Shown piece by piece: positions 47,782 through 58,613 of a stretch of DNA of 64,000 nucleotides. The translations under genes were made by a program, and so were the position numbers. How positions within the stretch are numbered: the first letter of the stretch is position 1; every line of letters begins with the position of its first letter. The DNA is from Nitrososphaerota archaeon (GTDB lineage Archaea; Thermoproteota; Nitrososphaeria_A; Caldarchaeales; Calditenuaceae): positions 1,440,001-1,504,000 of the forward strand of contig JBEPYO010000001.1 of assembly GCA_041641295.1 (NCBI GenBank), read 5' to 3'. The notes beneath the pieces were generated by a model that saw only the letters and a list, made by a program, of their open reading frames with translations, was not told the origin of the DNA and did no database searches.

Positions 47782-49779
47782 ATGGGTAAGAACGGTAACA
47801 AGAAGAAATTTACCCTCAGTTGGATGATTGGTGGGGCTCAAGGCTCGGGTGTGGACTCTTCTGCAAACCTCTTTGCATACTCCATCGCCTCTGCCGGCTA
47901 CTACGTCTTCGGAAAGAGGGAATACTACTCAAACATCAAGGGAGAGCACTCATACTTCAACGTAGTAGCGTCTGACTCGCCTGTAAGGAGCACCGTCGAC
48001 CACGTGCATATTCTCGCGAGCTTCGACGCCGAGACGGTGTTCAGGCACGCTTGGGAGGTTGAGGAGGGTGGAGGGATTATCTATGACGTTGCCCTTGAGA
48101 ACGAGAGTCTCAGGAATATTCCAACCATCGAGGAGCGGCTGAAATCAGAGATTGCGGAGAGGCTCAAGAACGAGAACCTGGGTGAGACTCTTCGCGACGT
48201 TCTGACCGCGGCTAAGAGGAGGGGGGTGAGAATCTATCCGATACCATATATGGATCTTATCAAGAAAACGGGTGAGATAATTGGCGAGAAGCAGCTCACA
48301 CTCTTGCTGAGGATGGTTAACACGATGGCCGTCGCCGCGTCCTTCGCGATTCTCAAGGCAGACATTAACCGCCTCCACCGGGGTCTGTCCTATGCGTTTA
48401 GGGCTAAGAAAGCCGTTGTAGACATGAACTTCACAGCCTGCAAGGTGGTCTACGACTATGTCCATAACAACTTCGCCGACGACTTCCCCCTAACCCTCCC
48501 AAACAGGAAGAACGGCGAAGACCTTATACTAGTCAATGGGACGACAATCGTTGGCATAGCCAAGATCGTGGCCGGGTGCAGGTTCCAGTCATACTACCCC
48601 ATCACACCGGCCGCTGATGAAAGCGTATACCTTGAAGACAAGCAGGTCTTCAACCTGAACTCTGTATCCGATGGAGACGAGTACGAGTATCCGCACCTAG
48701 CAGAGAGCAGGCAGCTGTCCGATAAGGGGCACATCCTTGTATTCCAGTCGGAGGACGAGCTGGCGGCTATAGACATGGCCATCGGCGCTAGCCTTGCCGG
48801 CGTTAGGGCCGCGACATCCACCTCTGGGCCCGGTTTCTCCCTCATGGCCGAGGGGCTGGGGTTCGCCGGGATGAACGAAATCCCAGTAGTAGTGACTGTA
48901 TTCCAGAGAGCTGGGCCGAGCACCGGCCTACCAACCCGCCACGAGCAGGGAGACCTACTCTTCACAATCTTCGCAGGGCATGGAGAGTTTCCGCGAATAG
49001 TAATGGCTTCGGGAGACATGACAGAGGCCTTCTACGACACAATCAAAGCCTTCAACTATGCCGAGAAGTTCCAGATCCCAGTGATCCACCTTCTCGACAA
49101 ATCCCTAGCCAACTCGACACAAACCATACCGATCCCGACGGTTAACGAGGTGCTCTTGGACCGCGGCCTATTCATTAACGAACACTTGGACGGAAAGACC
49201 TACAAGCGTTTCCAGTTTACTGAAGGCGGAATCTCCCCCAGAGTTCCACTCGGTACGCGCGGTGCGATATTCTGGAATACGGGCGACGAGCACGATGAGC
49301 TGGGCCATATCAGTGAGGACCCAATTATAAGAACTCGCATGATGGATAAGCGTATGGGCAAGCTAGAGCTCATAAAAGAGTCCATCCCAGCGAGCGACAA
49401 GATCGCCACTTACGGCGACCCCGACGCAAAGGACTGGATAATCAGCTGGGGCTCGACTAAGGGCCCGATACTTGACGCGCTTGAGATGCTCGAGGAGGAG
49501 GGCGTCGGCCCCATCGGCTTCCTACAGGTCAAGATTCTCCACCCATTCCCCGCCGAGCTCTGCTTGGAGACCCTCCAGTCCGCTAAAAGGATAATCGATA
49601 TCGAGCAGAACTATAGCGGGCAGATGGGCAGGCTAATGGCTATGGAGACCGGTCTGCGGCCCACGAACCTGATCGTGAAGTATAACGGAAGACCATTCAC
49701 ATCGACTGAGGTTAGGGACGCGGTCAAAGAGGTGTTGGCGAGAAACACTAAAAGAATAGTGATGAATAGAGGTGGGTAG
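47782..49779 (+). CDS. 2-oxoacid:ferredoxin oxidoreductase alpha subunit (gamma-alpha fusion)
   Basis: GGAQGSGV, YYSNIKGEH, YPITPA, QSEDE, TSTSGPG, RAGPSTGLPT. Confidence 0.95.
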   Translation: MGKNGNKKKFTLSWMIGGAQGSGVDSSANLFAYSIASAGYYVFGKREYYSNIKGEHSYFNVVASDSPVRSTVDHVHILASFDAETVFRHAWEVEEGGGIIYDVALENESLRNIPTIEERLKSEIAERLKNENLGETLRDVLTAAKRRGVRIYPIPYMDLIKKTGEIIGEKQLTLLLRMVNTMAVAASFAILKADINRLHRGLSYAFRAKKAVVDMNFTACKVVYDYVHNNFADDFPLTLPNRKNGEDLILVNGTTIVGIAKIVAGCRFQSYYPITPAADESVYLEDKQVFNLNSVSDGDEYEYPHLAESRQLSDKGHILVFQSEDELAAIDMAIGASLAGVRAATSTSGPGFSLMAEGLGFAGMNEIPVVVTVFQRAGPSTGLPTRHEQGDLLFTIFAGHGEFPRIVMASGDMTEAFYDTIKAFNYAEKFQIPVIHLLDKSLANSTQTIPIPTVNEVLLDRGLFINEHLDGKTYKRFQFTEGGISPRVPLGTRGAIFWNTGDEHDELGHISEDPIIRTRMMDKRMGKLELIKESIPASDKIATYGDPDAKDWIISWGSTKGPILDALEMLEEEGVGPIGFLQVKILHPFPAELCLETLQSAKRIIDIEQNYSGQMGRLMAMETGLRPTNLIVKYNGRPFTSTEVRDAVKEVLARNTKRIVMNRGG

Positions 49780-51458
<1,679 letters not shown>

Positions 51459-51483
51459 GGGTGAAGTATGTCTCTGGCTATAT

Positions 51484-52932
51484 TTATCCGCTCACCCCTG
51501 AACCCTTTCGGATTCTCGAGGCGAGGCGCGGGCTCATAGCCGGCTCTAGGCTAAGGGCCAGTAGTATGAAGGTGATCGAGGTTAGAGCGATTAGGAGGCC
51601 CGGGGGGACTACCCACCACCAATAGCCCACGAAGATTGCACCCGTCCTAAAGGCCTGCTCGAGTATACCTCCCCAACTGGGGATCTGCGGGTCTCCCAGG
51701 CCTAGGAAGCTCAGCCCAGCCTCTGCAAGGATCGCCGAGGGGATGCTGAGTATCATCTGCCCTAAGACATAGGGGGCCACATTAGGCGCTATGTGTTTTG
51801 CTATGATCCTTAAGTTTCCTGCCCCTATTGACTTGGCTGCCTCTGTGAGTGGTGAGTTCCTGAGCTGAATGACCATCGACCTGACTAGGATTGCCAGGCC
51901 TGGCCAGCTAAACAGGGTCAGGAGGAGTATGATGAATAGGAGCCCCGGCCTGAAGGTGTAGGCTAGCAGGATGAGGATGGGTAGGAGGGGGATGTTGGCT
52001 ACAACGTCCGCCGCCCTCTGGATTAGGTGGTCCGCCCTACCCCCTAGATAACCGCTCAGGAGGCCTAGCGAGGTGCCTATGAAGGTTGTAACGCCGGCTG
52101 CAAGCAGGCCTATGGAGAGCGAGACGGGGAACCCGAAGAGGAGGCCCTGAGCTAAGTCCCGTCCCAAGGTGTCTGTACCCATTAAACCATAGACAGTCCC
52201 CGCCAGAACAACCGCGGCCTCGTCCACGCTGTCTGTTGCGTCATGGCGATACAGCAGGAGCCTAAACACATACTCTCCCCAGAGGGGCTCAGTGCGGCCG
52301 TCGCCAGTGGGTCTTGAAAAGATATAGTCCTCAAGCCTCTGGGATACGTCCTCCTCTCTAATCTCCACTCCATAAGCCTCTGACAGCTTCTGGGCAACGG
52401 TTGTCTGAACACTCCTTGAGGATGCGGGGAAAATCCTCAACGGCTGATCAGCATACCTTGTGTAGGGTGGGGTTTCACCAGGCCTCGGGCCACTCGGGCT
52501 AAGTGTTGCAAGACTAATCTCTACCGCGTCCGGCCGTATGACAACCACCTCAACCACGGGTGGAGCGGACTGAAACCTTATCCCACTAATCCTCACTGCT
52601 ATCCCACTGGGATGCTCCGGCGAGTCATACCGAAGCCTAGCCTCGTAGATGGCGAACGTCTCATCCGAGTAGACCAGTCTGTCGAGTCTGAGTATTGTGT
52701 GGGGGAAGCTAGTGCCTGAGGAAGCCCACTCTGGTGGTACTGCCTTGGGGTACTCGGCCCAGTAGGAGGGATTGTTCCAGATTTTGGGGCCGTAGTCCAG
52801 TGGATAGCTGGAGATGGTGTAGAGAGAGATGGCCGCCATAATTGAGAGGATTATTATTGATAGGCGGCCCTGCCAAGACTCTACAACGACCCTGAGGGGC
52901 GTGGGCATGTGGAGCCAACCAACCTCAAACAC
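51484..52932 (-). CDS. Peptide/nickel ABC permease DppC/OppC with large extracellular insert
   Basis: GLMGTDTLGRD, EAAKSIGA...II.KH..PN, AEAGLSFLGLG, WWWVVPPG. Confidence 0.88.
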   Translation of the reverse strand: MFEVGWLHMPTPLRVVVESWQGRLSIIILSIMAAISLYTISSYPLDYGPKIWNNPSYWAEYPKAVPPEWASSGTSFPHTILRLDRLVYSDETFAIYEARLRYDSPEHPSGIAVRISGIRFQSAPPVVEVVVIRPDAVEISLATLSPSGPRPGETPPYTRYADQPLRIFPASSRSVQTTVAQKLSEAYGVEIREEDVSQRLEDYIFSRPTGDGRTEPLWGEYVFRLLLYRHDATDSVDEAAVVLAGTVYGLMGTDTLGRDLAQGLLFGFPVSLSIGLLAAGVTTFIGTSLGLLSGYLGGRADHLIQRAADVVANIPLLPILILLAYTFRPGLLFIILLLTLFSWPGLAILVRSMVIQLRNSPLTEAAKSIGAGNLRIIAKHIAPNVAPYVLGQMILSIPSAILAEAGLSFLGLGDPQIPSWGGILEQAFRTGAIFVGYWWWVVPPGLLIALTSITFILLALSLEPAMSPRLASRIRKGSGVSG

Positions 52933-52943
52933 GTAGCCAAATA

Positions 52944-54524
52944 TTACTTCTTAGCAGGTGCCTCGACTCGCGAAGGGCCCACACTCCGAGCCCTACCGCC
53001 CCTGTACCACCTCCAGAAGTATATTCCAAAGATTGATAGCTGTATGAGAAATACAGTAATCAAGGCGAGCGTCTCGGCCGTATACCCTCTGATAACCAAG
53101 ACAACACGCCCTACATCCCTGACATCCACGGTTGAGTAAACCCTACCGAATGGCGTCTCGGCCGAGAAGTTGTAAACCCCACCAGGTATCCTTAGGCTTA
53201 ACCTGCCGCCGACCCCTCTAAATGAGCCGTTAACATAGATCTGTGAATCTTGTATGATGAATCCTGCCGCGTGCCTCACCTCGACCTCAACAAGCCTCCC
53301 ATCCACGTAAATTGTCGCCGGCTTCCCCACCTCAAGTGTAAGGGGGCCGACAGACTCGCTCACATCAACCGAGTAAACCTTGAGAGAGGGTCTGACAGTT
53401 ATGATAGGGGGGTATCCTCCCTCGATTATCGAGACAGTCTTCGGAATGATAACCGATTCAGACCCATTCCTCAGGGTGAGGTATCCAGGTAGGCTTATGG
53501 AATAGTCCTCAACCCAGAGTCCGAGGTATCTGTCATAAACCCTGACTCTATAGTCTGGAATGCGGATCACCAGCCGCTCGAATCTCCCCGTGGTGAGATT
53601 TGCGGTTACCACCTCCAAGCCGTTGCGTATAAGATCGTTGAGGCCTATGGTTGTAGACGAGCTAACTGGCGGCGGCTCCTCAACCATGGGAGACACCGTC
53701 ACCTCGAGACTCTGTTCAAACCTCCCACCCCCACGCCCAGTGTAAACGACGCTAACCACCAGTGTACCGTATCTAAGAGGTACAAGTCCATTCTCACCCA
53801 CCTCTCCCAGCGGTGGGATATACACTTCAATGAGGCGCATTGGTATGCCCGAGCCGGGGCCCTCGAACGTGTACTCCGCTACTACTGGCTCAGCCTTATA
53901 CAGTATGTGTAGTTGCCCGGTATACCCGCTCAACTCTATTGATTCGTAGTGCCGGAGCGTTATCTTCACACCCAGCGCGTTGGGTGGGATTTGGAGATGT
54001 AGGGTGGAGTTTGGCCTGACGAATATTTTCTTGGTCTCATTTCTTTCCTCCTTTATCGCGAATCCTGAGAGGGTTGACCCAACTATCCTCGCCTCCAAGA
54101 CTTCTTGAGTGTTGGAGTCTGTCGGGATTGACCCAGCCGGCTGGAAATCTATCCACCCGAGGGCAGACTCCTCTAGGCTGAGCACTTCGATAGTAGCTCT
54201 CCCCCGGCCTATAACATTCAAGGCTGCGGTACCGACATCCTCGTCTCTAAATCTCCAGATCTCCACAGCCTCTCCCGCCCTTATGCGGAAGGCGTGCTCC
54301 TCCCCTCTGCTTGTCGTCAATATCACGGAGACATCCAGCCCTATAGCCTTCAACACCAGCCTCTCCCCCACCACAAACCTGTATCTAGCGCCGTCCAAGA
54401 AGGGTAGGAACTTCGCGCCTCCATAGCCGATTAGCAGAAACCCCTCCTCTTGAGGCTGGACTGTGGGTGGAAGCACCACAAGTATCGTCATCGCTAGCAC
54501 TATAGCGGCTACGCTCTTCCCCAT
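52944..54524 (-). CDS. Hypothetical secreted, C-terminally anchored protein
   Basis: Start placed at MGKSVAAIVLAM signal peptide (the ORF-track extension overlaps the upstream gene); beta-rich body; C-terminal TM plus basic tail. Confidence 0.6.
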   Translation of the reverse strand: MGKSVAAIVLAMTILVVLPPTVQPQEEGFLLIGYGGAKFLPFLDGARYRFVVGERLVLKAIGLDVSVILTTSRGEEHAFRIRAGEAVEIWRFRDEDVGTAALNVIGRGRATIEVLSLEESALGWIDFQPAGSIPTDSNTQEVLEARIVGSTLSGFAIKEERNETKKIFVRPNSTLHLQIPPNALGVKITLRHYESIELSGYTGQLHILYKAEPVVAEYTFEGPGSGIPMRLIEVYIPPLGEVGENGLVPLRYGTLVVSVVYTGRGGGRFEQSLEVTVSPMVEEPPPVSSSTTIGLNDLIRNGLEVVTANLTTGRFERLVIRIPDYRVRVYDRYLGLWVEDYSISLPGYLTLRNGSESVIIPKTVSIIEGGYPPIITVRPSLKVYSVDVSESVGPLTLEVGKPATIYVDGRLVEVEVRHAAGFIIQDSQIYVNGSFRGVGGRLSLRIPGGVYNFSAETPFGRVYSTVDVRDVGRVVLVIRGYTAETLALITVFLIQLSIFGIYFWRWYRGGRARSVGPSRVEAPAKK

Positions 54525-55234
54525 CCCCTCTTCACACCAGCCCTCAGCGTGGCGGCTATGGTCAGCGTCGCTGCAACAATTAGACCCAAGGCAACGGAGT
54601 CTGTGAATACTAGTGAGTAGAGGACTGTGAGGGCTACGGCTAGGCTGGCCGCTGTGGCTGAGTAGATGAAGACCTCCCCTTGCTCGCGAACCAGTGTGGA
54701 GCCATAGACCCTCCAAGAGTAGATGACTAGGGCGATGGATGATAGCGCGGCGAGGGCTGCGAAATACTGGGGTGGCTGAACCCTTTCCCACGCCTGCCTG
54801 TCAACGAACATGTTTACTAGGGCGAGGAACAGGTGGCTGCCCTCCCCCCTTGCCTGAGCAGCTACTGCCCAGATGAAGTAGGTGCTTGTCAGACTTGTGA
54901 CGTAGCTTAGCACAGAGGCTCTTGGGCTTGTGCTCTTGACAATGCCTATCATTGCTATGAATGGTATGCTTATCAAGTATCCCCCTGCTAGGTCTATGAG
55001 AAAGTACGGCCTCCTCTCAAGAACCAGAATCACTAAGCTTGTGATTGCTGGCAGATATATCAGTGGAATCACAATGTTTTGATACCTAGCCGGGAGATAG
55101 GTTGATAGGAGCGAGATGCAGCCCAGAATTACGAAGGGTGTCAGCATGATCTTGGCCAGATAGTCTATGCTCATTAGTAGGGGTGTTAGTAGGACAGCTG
55201 CCAGCAAGACCCTGTCAACTAGCCGAGACCCCAT
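54509..55234 (-). CDS. Hypothetical polytopic membrane protein
   Basis: About seven hydrophobic helices; overlaps both neighbours. Confidence 0.65.
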   Translation of the reverse strand: MGSRLVDRVLLAAVLLTPLLMSIDYLAKIMLTPFVILGCISLLSTYLPARYQNIVIPLIYLPAITSLVILVLERRPYFLIDLAGGYLISIPFIAMIGIVKSTSPRASVLSYVTSLTSTYFIWAVAAQARGEGSHLFLALVNMFVDRQAWERVQPPQYFAALAALSSIALVIYSWRVYGSTLVREQGEVFIYSATAASLAVALTVLYSLVFTDSVALGLIVAATLTIAATLRAGVKRGWGRA

Positions 55235-56535
55235 TCAACACCCCTCCGCATCGCCTCTTTAACCACGTCTATTGCATACCCTTTACCAATCTCGATGACT
55301 GAGCCCGGCTCGGAGAACCTCGACAACCAATCATCCTTAAACTGTCTGTCAAGCTGAAGCAACCGGCTAACCTCGCCTTCAAGTCTCGAAACGTAACTGG
55401 CTACATCTGGGACGCATATAATGTATCTCGCACCAACCATCCTGCACGCGTTTATCATCGCTTCAACTATGCCTGTGTTTTGTGATGGCGGGTTGACCAC
55501 AAAGACAACCATGCTTGAACCAGTGAGTGTTCTTGAGAACTCCTCAACAACCTGTTCCTCCTCACGCCCCTGTGAGGGGAAAACCCTAGCTATGTACTGC
55601 TCTATCGCTATTCTGGAAAAAACGCGTCTGGGGGAGATCTTCTCGTCGAGGCTAAGCGACGGGTTTAACAGCCAGAACTGTACCGGGTTCCCCTCCTCCT
55701 CGGCTGTCTGGCAGAGCCGTCGTATCAGGATGGAGATATCGGTCAGGAGGGCTGCATTTTCTCCAGTGTTGATGGAGGAGGAGCAGTCAACGACTATGTG
55801 GAGGGTTACCTCCCCCTTCTTGACATACTTCTTGGCGACTAGCTCCTCCTCATCGACCTGCTGGGCGTACCTAATCCAGTGAATATCCCTTACTCTGTCT
55901 CCCAGCTCGTAGGGCTTGATGCCTGAGAACTCGTCGTCATAGCCCACTAGCCCCCGGTAGCCGAGACCCATCGGCGGCCTAATCCAAGGTGCGGGTAGCT
56001 TGGTGTATGCGGCTCCAACCAGTTGCTCGCCGACCGGGACAATAATGTCAGATGCCACCTCTAGCTCCCTAGCGTCATAGCAGAGTTTCAGCGGGTCGTG
56101 TATCAGCAAAATCACTTTTCTAAACCTTGCAAGACTGATAGATGGATCAACCTCGAGCGTGTATGATGATTCGAGACTTTCGCCCGCACCTATGATGCCT
56201 TCTGGGTTTGACGGTCGCTCCACAATTCGTGTACCGAATGGGGGTTTATCCACCACCCGCACGAATAAGCGTTGCTCGCTGTCAAACCACACGTGCAGCC
56301 TGACCTTCAAGAGTGTCTTATCGCCTACTCTCTGGGGCTCGACCGTCCGCTCTACTTTGAGGCCCTCGACGTCTAGGCTTCTGAGCCTTCTACTCGCCAG
56401 TAGGATGTATGTGGCGAAGAATGTCTGCAGAAAAAAGGAGGCTAGGAATAGGAAGGGCTGGTAGAGTAGTATTGAGACGAATAGTGTCCATCCGGAGAGG
56501 CTTATTAGCAGTAGCGCCGCCTCTCTTGTGAGCAT
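55219..56535 (-). CDS. DUF58-domain protein
   Basis: EFSGIKPYELGDRVRDIHW...LVAKKY, VVDCSSS (DxSxS); directly follows MoxR. Confidence 0.85.
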   Translation of the reverse strand: MLTREAALLLISLSGWTLFVSILLYQPFLFLASFFLQTFFATYILLASRRLRSLDVEGLKVERTVEPQRVGDKTLLKVRLHVWFDSEQRLFVRVVDKPPFGTRIVERPSNPEGIIGAGESLESSYTLEVDPSISLARFRKVILLIHDPLKLCYDARELEVASDIIVPVGEQLVGAAYTKLPAPWIRPPMGLGYRGLVGYDDEFSGIKPYELGDRVRDIHWIRYAQQVDEEELVAKKYVKKGEVTLHIVVDCSSSINTGENAALLTDISILIRRLCQTAEEEGNPVQFWLLNPSLSLDEKISPRRVFSRIAIEQYIARVFPSQGREEEQVVEEFSRTLTGSSMVVFVVNPPSQNTGIVEAMINACRMVGARYIICVPDVASYVSRLEGEVSRLLQLDRQFKDDWLSRFSEPGSVIEIGKGYAIDVVKEAMRRGVEWGLG

Positions 56536-57488
56536 TACTTTGGTGCCTCCACCCTCTCAAGCACCTTCCTCGTAACCAGCATAGTTTCCTGCTCTCCCCT
56601 GCCCAGAGACGATGTCCTCCTCCTCAGAAGGATTCTGTGATTTAGTATGAGTGGAGCCACGTACTTAACATCGTCAGGTATAACATAGTCTCTCCCCTTT
56701 ATCGCTGCGTATGCCTTAGACCCGTAGAGTAGAGCTGTCTCAGCCCGCGTGCTCGCGCCCATAACCACATCAGGCATACTCCTCGACTCCCTAACAATAT
56801 CCACGATGTATCCGAGTATGTCGTCGTCTATGTAGACATTCTTTACGGCCTGAATAGCCTCGAGAACTTTTTCAGAATCGGCCACAGGGCTGACGTTTAG
56901 ATCCTCGCCATGCCTATTCTTAAGCCTGAGTATCTCGATCTCCTCGTCGCGCGTTGGATAGTTTACGAGGACGCGTATTAGGAATCTGTCAAGCTCTGCC
57001 TCAGGCAGCGGGTAGGTGCCCTCCAGCTCGATCGGGTTCTGCGTCGCTATAACCATGAATGGTCTTGGGAGGGGGTATGTCTTCCCCTCGACAGTGACTT
57101 GGAACTCCTGCATAGCCTCAAGCAGTGCCGACTGGGTCCTCGGTGCTCCACGGTTGATCTCATCTGCGAGAACTATGTTTGCGAAGATGGGGCCGGGCCT
57201 AAATAGGAATTCTCCTGTGCGCCGGTCGAATATCATTCCACCGACTATGTCGCTTGGTAGTAGGTCGTTGGTGAACTGGATTCTCTTGAATGAGAGTGTT
57301 AGGGTGTTGGCGAAGGCCTTCGCTAGATAGGTCTTTGCGAGTCCCGGCACACCCTCGATTAAGACATGCCCCTGCACTAGGAGGGAGATAAGCAGGGAGT
57401 CAATGGCGACATCCATCCCAACTATCGACTTGTGTATCTCTTCCCTCACCCTTTCAGCCAAGTCCTTGATCCAAGAGAGCTTCGACAA
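56535..57488 (-). CDS. moxR: MoxR family AAA+ ATPase
   Basis: GHVLIEGVPGLAKT, RIQFTNDLLPSD, LADEINR, ATQNPIE.EGTYPLPEA.LDRF. Confidence 0.95.
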   Translation of the reverse strand: MSKLSWIKDLAERVREEIHKSIVGMDVAIDSLLISLLVQGHVLIEGVPGLAKTYLAKAFANTLTLSFKRIQFTNDLLPSDIVGGMIFDRRTGEFLFRPGPIFANIVLADEINRGAPRTQSALLEAMQEFQVTVEGKTYPLPRPFMVIATQNPIELEGTYPLPEAELDRFLIRVLVNYPTRDEEIEILRLKNRHGEDLNVSPVADSEKVLEAIQAVKNVYIDDDILGYIVDIVRESRSMPDVVMGASTRAETALLYGSKAYAAIKGRDYVIPDDVKYVAPLILNHRILLRRRTSSLGRGEQETMLVTRKVLERVEAPK

Positions 57489-57503
57489 TCTCGTCTCACC
57501 ACC

Positions 57504-57839
57504 CTACGAGCTTATCAAACGACTCAGTATCCACCTGTATATGCTGGCTGGGATGAGCCTAGATAGCGGCCCTGTCAGGAGACTTCTCCAGACCTTGGCG
57601 CGAAAGCCTCCAATTAGCCTCAGGGCGATATACGCCTCCAACAGGGTTTCGGCAGCCTCTAAGGGCTTATCTCTCTTGACGCCTCTCAGGAAATCCCGCA
57701 GCTCTTCAATATAGTTCCTCGGGACGGCCTCAGACTCCTCCCTCTCCCTCCTGAGCAGGATGGCTGGGAGAATCAGGGATGCGAGCATGATGATTAGGAT
57801 TAGAAAGGGGTCTATAACCGATGTAATAAGAGTGGCCAT
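57504..57839 (-). CDS. Small hypothetical membrane protein
   Basis: N-terminal TM helix; co-directional with moxR, TATA-like element upstream. Confidence 0.55.
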   Translation of the reverse strand: MATLITSVIDPFLILIIMLASLILPAILLRREREESEAVPRNYIEELRDFLRGVKRDKPLEAAETLLEAYIALRLIGGFRAKVWRSLLTGPLSRLIPASIYRWILSRLISS

Positions 57840-57896
57840 GAGTCTGATTACTTGGTGTAGGCGATTCCTATAAAAGTTTAACCGATCATGACAGGG

Positions 57897-58613
57897 TTAG
57901 GTTTTCATAAGCCTCCTAAGTAGAGGTATCTCATCAATCTTCCTCTCACTAAGTAGATGCCAGATGATACCCTTCGGCCTAGCAATTTTAGTATTGGTTG
58001 CAAGTACGCCATCCTCAGTTACTATATAGTCCACCGGGACGTCAAACTCCTCTACTGGAATCTCGCTGACGACTTGTAGGGGATGAACCGTCGTTGTAAT
58101 TGGCGTATCCTCTGAGACCCTGCCCAGCATCCTCAAGAGGGCGTACTCTATCTCAGAGTAGCCCTCACCCTTTCCCACGCGAGCACCACTCCGCGAGACA
58201 GCCACAGAGCCAACCACTATAAAGTCGATTTTGTCGAGGCTCTCCGGCTCCACCTTCTCGCCAAAAGTGAACCCTCCCCTAATCGTGGATGCCTGCCTGT
58301 AGTTGCGCTCGGAGATTTTAGATGGCTCGAGAAGGAGGAATCCCTCGCGGAGACGTGGAGTAGGCATGACCAGCCTCTTCCCCAATCTCATGCATAGCTC
58401 TCTAACAGGGCGTTGGGGCGAGTCGGGGCTCACCTTCACGGTCCGCGCGGATCTGAACGAGTCGAGTTGGAGCAGCCTCTTGGCTGCCGCCTCAGCTCCT
58501 AGGAAATTTGGAATACGCCCATGGATGGGGAATGGTGGCAGCGCTACCTTCTCTCTGACGAGCAGGTCCCAGACGTGTTCGCGTATCTTCTGCTTCTGCT
58601 CGCTTAGGCTCAA
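57897..58613 (-). CDS. 5-formyltetrahydrofolate cyclo-ligase paralog (COG0212)
   Basis: GRIPNF.GA, KVSPDSPQ, PTPRLR.GF, GSVAV, RVGKGEGY, TTVH..Q, D.PVD.IVT. Confidence 0.88.
   Translation of the reverse strand: MSLSEQKQKIREHVWDLLVREKVALPPFPIHGRIPNFLGAEAAAKRLLQLDSFRSARTVKVSPDSPQRPVRELCMRLGKRLVMPTPRLREGFLLLEPSKISERNYRQASTIRGGFTFGEKVEPESLDKIDFIVVGSVAVSRSGARVGKGEGYSEIEYALLRMLGRVSEDTPITTTVHPLQVVSEIPVEEFDVPVDYIVTEDGVLATNTKIARPKGIIWHLLSERKIDEIPLLRRLMKT

Noticed and set aside
54525-54791. N-terminal extension of the 615-aa ORF overlapping the membrane protein gene
   Set aside because: Non-protein-like sequence; the signal peptide starts at 54524.
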